A stretch of 41,230 bases of DNA, taken from assembly GCA_031285625.1 (NCBI GenBank), contig JAITVV010000009.1:1-41230 (forward strand), in the 5' to 3' direction. The DNA comes from Prevotella sp. (GTDB lineage: Bacteria > Bacteroidota > Bacteroidia > Bacteroidales > Dysgonomonadaceae). Position 1 is the stretch's first letter. Each line of letters opens with the position of its first letter. Positions 37,084 to 41,230 of the stretch are shown in pieces. A program made the translations under genes and the position numbers. The notes under the pieces are model-generated. The model saw only the letters and a program-made list of their open reading frames with translations. It had not been told where the DNA came from and searched no databases.

Positions 37084-37900
37084 ATATACTTTTAGCTCTA
37101 AAGTTATCGTTTAGTTTTTTTATCTTACTCATCTGTATTTTTGCATCATGACAATATATTAGAATGTACTTATTTGTTTCTGCTTCAGCGAGAAACCGTT
37201 CCTTTTCATGCAGTGATGTAAGCGCGCATACGTCATATGCAGAGATCCATTCCAAAGGTACATGAGCACTTGTAGGGATAAGGTCTCCCGGAAAAGTATA
37301 TGTTGCAGTATCATTTTTTATATATGATACCAGTTGACCTACACTATGCCCATCAAAGAGGCGAAGTTCAAAGCCTTCATATAGTTGTATATCATTCTCT
37401 ACAAAATGGAGAAGCCCCGCATCATAAACGGGCTGTATGTTTTCCGTAAATAATGAGTCTTTTTCCAATTGGTTGGGATTTAAGTGATTATCCCATTGTT
37501 CCCGGCTGAGCCAGTAGCGCGCATTTGGAAATGTCGGAACTGTTTCATTATCTATATTTTTGTATGTGGCATATCCGCAATGGTCGAAATGCAGGTGGGT
37601 TAATACAACATCTGTAATATCAGTGGCTTTATAACCTGATTTTTCTATTTCATCAATGATATTAATTAGCCCATGAGGCTGGTAATAACTCACTTTATCC
37701 GGATGTTTGTTACCTATACCTGTGTCGACCAATATTTTCCTGTCTTCAGAAATGGCCAGAATGCACCGCATAACTAATGGACATAAGTTTTGCTCATTAC
37801 TCGGGTATTTTCTTTGCCAGGCGCGCTTAGGTATGGCACCAAACATGGCGCCGCCATCAGCCATAATATATCCGGTTTCTATAATCTTTATTTCAAACAT
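37082..37900 (-). CDS. MBL-fold metallo-hydrolase (YtnP-like)
   Basis: DGGAMFGAIP, VDTGIG, THLHFDH, GHSVG, GDL, CHD. Confidence 0.92.
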   Translation of the reverse strand: MFEIKIIETGYIMADGGAMFGAIPKRAWQRKYPSNEQNLCPLVMRCILAISEDRKILVDTGIGNKHPDKVSYYQPHGLINIIDEIEKSGYKATDITDVVLTHLHFDHCGYATYKNIDNETVPTFPNARYWLSREQWDNHLNPNQLEKDSLFTENIQPVYDAGLLHFVENDIQLYEGFELRLFDGHSVGQLVSYIKNDTATYTFPGDLIPTSAHVPLEWISAYDVCALTSLHEKERFLAEAETNKYILIYCHDAKIQMSKIKKLNDNFRAKSI

Positions 37901-37913
37901 GACGCTAATATAC

Positions 37914-38086
37914 AAAAAAGAAGAGACGATTTCCCAATCATCTCTTCCTCCTTAACACTAATATAAAACTAACATATACTATGATAAAACAGGTAAAAAA
38001 TCAACTAAACAATCTATCTAACACACTATGAAAAAAGTAAATCATACCTGTTTTAAATTTAAACGTTAAACACATTGCGTTTGTTC
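37914..38086 (-). ncRNA. candidate sRNA or attenuating leader upstream of MBL gene
   Basis: GAAC-N17-CGTT (38086-38062), 11-bp internal stem, three AGT..GTTA repeats, terminator gaagagatgatt-ggga-aatcgtctcttc then U6. Confidence 0.5.
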
Positions 38087-38331
38087 ATAATATTTTGAAT
38101 ATATTTTTTTGATATAGGCATAAATCATATTTATTCATTTAAAACAGATACTTTTTTAACTATTATCTTTTAAAATATTACTTTTGTATTCGTCATTATT
38201 GTATTAAACGGTAATGCATTTTTTACATTTTGTCATATTATAAATAATCTTTTCCTGTTGGGAAACAAAATATTATTTACTTAAACATCGCTTGATATAA
38301 TAATGTTTATTGTATAATTACTGAAAAAACT

Positions 38332-38874
38332 ATGTTAATAGCAAAAAAACTGAAAGAAGATAATATTGCAGAATACCTGTTGTATATGTGGCAGGTGGAA
38401 GACCTTATCAGAGCAAATGGACTGGATATAGATAAGATCGAAGAGCAGATAATTTCCCGTTTTGATCAACCCGATAATATAAAAAAAGATATAAAGGAGT
38501 GGTATGAGAACCTGATTGATATGATGAGGCGTGAAAATATTATCACTCAAGGGCATTTGATTATCAACGGGAATGTAATATCAGAGTTGACAGAATTACA
38601 CAACCGGTTGTTGAAATCGCCAAAGGAAGCTGATTATTCTGAAATATATTATAAGACATTACCTTTTATTGTAGAGCTACGCTCCAAATCTCCTGACAAA
38701 AATATACCGGAACTGGAAACTTGTTTTGGTGCACTTTATGGCTATTTGCTGATGCGCCTGCAAATGAGAGAGATTTCAGGAGAAACACAAGCTGCTTTGT
38801 CGCAGATAAGTTCATTTCTGCGTGTACTTTCTCAGAAATATAAAGAAGATAGGGAGGGAAAATTAGATCTTTAG
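38332..38874 (+). CDS. DUF4924-family protein
   Basis: NIAEYLLYMWQVEDLIRA, GHL, ELETCFGALYGYL recalled as this Bacteroidales family. Confidence 0.75.
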   Translation: MLIAKKLKEDNIAEYLLYMWQVEDLIRANGLDIDKIEEQIISRFDQPDNIKKDIKEWYENLIDMMRRENIITQGHLIINGNVISELTELHNRLLKSPKEADYSEIYYKTLPFIVELRSKSPDKNIPELETCFGALYGYLLMRLQMREISGETQAALSQISSFLRVLSQKYKEDREGKLDL

Positions 38875-40085
38875 TCTGGCTTCTTTTCTTTGTTCAAAGC
38901 CATCAGGGGCTTTATAAAGAAGCAAACCATACCTACTGATATGATTGCTGCTCCGGCAATGAGAAAAATATTACTGATGCCTATCCTGTCTGTTATTGTA
39001 CCTACAAATATTAGCCCGAAAGGCACAGGTAATAAAGCGATTGTATCTACTAGTGAAAATACACGCCCAAGCATGTTAGGGTCAATATTTGTTTGCAGCA
39101 AGGACATAATCGGACTGTTGAATATAGGTACGGAGATTCCCATAATAAATACAAGAACTGCAAAGAAATAGAATTGGTGCATCGTTAATATTCCAGCTAG
39201 GAAATAGCAGAATCCCATCACGATAAGCCCTCCATTGATCAGGTTTACCCGTCCCTTGTTTTTTCCCCAGATACCCATAATTCCACCACCGAGGAGCATT
39301 CCTATTCCAAATGAAACTTCTACAATACCTAGTTCGAATGCTGATCTGCCGAAATAACCGGAAGTCATGAGCGGAAATAAAGCATCGACAGGTACAAAGA
39401 AGAAAACAGCTATCAGCCAGGCTATCACCAAAGAAAATAATCCTTTATTGGAGTATATTGCATTGAAAGCCTCCTTTAGGTCCCGTATAATATTTTTATC
39501 ATCTGATTTAGGTTTCACTTTGGGGATTTTGACAAAAGCAAGGGTAGAGCATGCCCATATGGCTCCTGCAACATCTATTAGTACTATTACATCCATTTCC
39601 AGTAATTCGCAACATAGTGCGCCCAATGCTGGTCCGGCTATGCTTGATATGGAATATAATACCTGATTGATTCCTGCAATGCGTGTCAATTGGCTCTCGG
39701 GAGCAAGCAAAGGTATGGATGCCTGCATGGAGGGGAAGTGAAATGCCGAACCTATAGAACGAATAGCCAGTAGAAAATAGATATGCCATATTTCAACCAG
39801 ATCGAAATAGAATAATGCACCCATTAACAAGGTAAAAAATGCAATTCCTAAGTCTGAAAAGATCATGATCTTTTTTCTGTCCCATCGGTCTACCCATACA
39901 CCAATAAAGGCTCCCAGTACAATTTGTGGCAAAATGCCCGCAATACTGGCCATAGCTAAAGTGCTGGCAGAGCCAGTCTGTATGGTGATCCACCAGATGA
40001 TTGCAAATTGCACAATAGCGCTGGACAATAGAGATAATGCTTGTCCTGTCCAGATAATAAAGAGAGTCTTTTTCCACATTTTCAT
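38871..40085 (-). CDS. MFS efflux transporter, Mef(A)-like
   Basis: IWTGQALSLL..TGSA..ILP..IGVWVDRWDRKKIMI; about 12 TMs; GRVFS. Confidence 0.85.
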   Translation of the reverse strand: MKMWKKTLFIIWTGQALSLLSSAIVQFAIIWWITIQTGSASTLAMASIAGILPQIVLGAFIGVWVDRWDRKKIMIFSDLGIAFFTLLMGALFYFDLVEIWHIYFLLAIRSIGSAFHFPSMQASIPLLAPESQLTRIAGINQVLYSISSIAGPALGALCCELLEMDVIVLIDVAGAIWACSTLAFVKIPKVKPKSDDKNIIRDLKEAFNAIYSNKGLFSLVIAWLIAVFFFVPVDALFPLMTSGYFGRSAFELGIVEVSFGIGMLLGGGIMGIWGKNKGRVNLINGGLIVMGFCYFLAGILTMHQFYFFAVLVFIMGISVPIFNSPIMSLLQTNIDPNMLGRVFSLVDTIALLPVPFGLIFVGTITDRIGISNIFLIAGAAIISVGMVCFFIKPLMALNKEKKPD

Positions 40086-40144
40086 CGCCTGCAAAGGTAG
40101 ATTTTTGTTTGCAGGTGAACAATATAAGAAGGCTTATGTATTTG

Positions 40145-40525
40145 TTAATCTTTGTGCTTCTTTTCCCAGATGCGCCTGCGAATAAGGGTGTCGCTAATGA
40201 GTAGAAGAAGGGCAACACATGCTATGGATACGATAAACGGATCGAAGTGCATAGAGGGTATCTCAAAGGTGAGGCTCGTCTCTATCGGTTTTACTTCAGG
40301 CTTTAACGGAATACCCATATACCAGTATATAAGGGCAGGGATACCCAGCATACCGGCAATGGCACCAATAATACTAATTGCTGATATTATTTTGTGCTTG
40401 CGTTCTTTCTTTGCAGCTACTATATGTACTTGTTGCATCAATCGGCTCTCAAAAGCAGTTGATGGCTCATCGAATTTCATTTCCTGAAATAAACTCCGGA
40501 GTTTGTCTTTTTCTTCCATATTCAT
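40145..40525 (-). CDS. putative membrane anti-sigma factor
   Basis: ATGA overlap with ECF sigma stop; EPSTAFESRLMQQV then two TM helices. Confidence 0.7.
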   Translation of the reverse strand: MNMEEKDKLRSLFQEMKFDEPSTAFESRLMQQVHIVAAKKERKHKIISAISIIGAIAGMLGIPALIYWYMGIPLKPEVKPIETSLTFEIPSMHFDPFIVSIACVALLLLISDTLIRRRIWEKKHKD

Positions 40526-41076
40526 TGTTGTATGAGTTTATTTATTTCAAAGTTCATAAATTTTCTTATTCTGTGCAACTTTACTTTCACATTAGCTATG
40601 GAGTTCCCTGTTATCTGACTGATATCCTGCACACTGTGATTATTCATATAGAACATGGTAATAAGCAGGGCATCATCAGGTGGCATCTTTTTCAGAACTG
40701 AGTCCAGATGCTTTAGTTTATCTTCCGTACTCACCTCATCTATTGTATCGGATATGTCATTGTCCGCAATATTTGAAAAATGATCTTCTATGGCAGTAAA
40801 TTCATGCTTGCGTTTGCGCAGTTCCGATATTGTTGTATTATATGTTATACGATACAGCCAGGTGGCAAATCCCGACTCTTCACGGAACTTATCCAAAGCC
40901 TGAAATGCTTTTATAAATACCTCCTGCACAATATCTTCGGCATCGGCATGAGAGAAAACAATCTTACGGACAATGGTAAATACCATTCTCTCGTATCGGC
41001 GGACAATGTGCACAAAGGCATCGGTATGACCGTTTTTGATCTGCTTTATATAATAGATATCGTCAAAATCTGCCAT
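40522..41076 (-). CDS. ECF RNA polymerase sigma factor
   Basis: DAEDIVQEVFIKAF, FATWLYRITYN, SVQDISQITG..NVKVKLHRIRK; ATG 41076. Confidence 0.95.
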   Translation of the reverse strand: MADFDDIYYIKQIKNGHTDAFVHIVRRYERMVFTIVRKIVFSHADAEDIVQEVFIKAFQALDKFREESGFATWLYRITYNTTISELRKRKHEFTAIEDHFSNIADNDISDTIDEVSTEDKLKHLDSVLKKMPPDDALLITMFYMNNHSVQDISQITGNSIANVKVKLHRIRKFMNFEINKLIQQ

Positions 41077-41083
41077 ACTCGTA

Positions 41084-41110
41084 TGACGCAACAGGGTTGG
41101 ATAGGTTACA
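41084..41110 (-). promoter_or_regulatory. ECF promoter TGTAACC..CGTC driving sigma gene
   Basis: tgtaacctatccaaccctgttgcgtca (TAAC-N16-CGTC). Confidence 0.75.
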
Positions 41111-41154
41111 AAAATAGATGTAAATTATTTCAGTAAAAATTTTTATAGCTAATT

Positions 41155-41181
41155 TGTAACCTTTGCAAAAGCACTGCGTCA
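41155..41181 (+). promoter_or_regulatory. ECF promoter TGTAACC..CGTC for a divergent transcript running beyond the window
   Basis: tgtaacctttgcaaaagcactgcgtca (TAAC-N16-CGTC). Confidence 0.75.
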
Positions 41182-41230
41182 AAATGAGCAAAGAGACAAA
41201 AAACGAAATGTATAACTAAAAAATTAAAGA

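Noticed and set aside
38890-41136. Multiple overlapping alternative ORFs over MFS, anti-sigma and sigma
   Set aside because: Alternative-frame or antisense shadows with no independent signals

Overview
AT-rich Bacteroidota (Bacteroidales) chromosomal region, plausibly Dysgonomonas-like; the genus is my inference from protein style and TAnnTTTG promoters. It is mostly housekeeping and accessory genes: a GH35 3' end, LysR/MdaB pair, RRM protein, ribF, HAD hydrolase, recO, membrane MutS-like ATPase, DUF2851, ybaK, a four-subunit 2-oxoacid:ferredoxin oxidoreductase operon, yceD-rpmF-fabH, an atypical P1B ATPase, a methylmalonyl-CoA epimerase/carboxyltransferase operon with an uncalled 58-aa subunit, a decayed IS3/IS150-type element, a wHTH-creD cluster, GH88, pspC-padR-pspC, a Zn-ribbon/AraC/GyrI regulator, NhaC-family transporter, pirin, MBL hydrolase, Mef-like MFS and an ECF sigma/anti-sigma pair. 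No rRNA, tRNA or CRISPR array was seen. The most unusual signals are non-coding: (i) a recurring AATAGGTC-N3-GACCT mini-hairpin just upstream of three successive oxidoreductase start codons and elsewhere; (ii) a ~115-bp intergenic element present twice, 29 kb apart; (iii) two candidate ECF-promoter-driven small RNAs; (iv) back-to-back ECF promoters; (v) an IS inserted into a hairpin loop. Family names come from motif recognition, not database searches.
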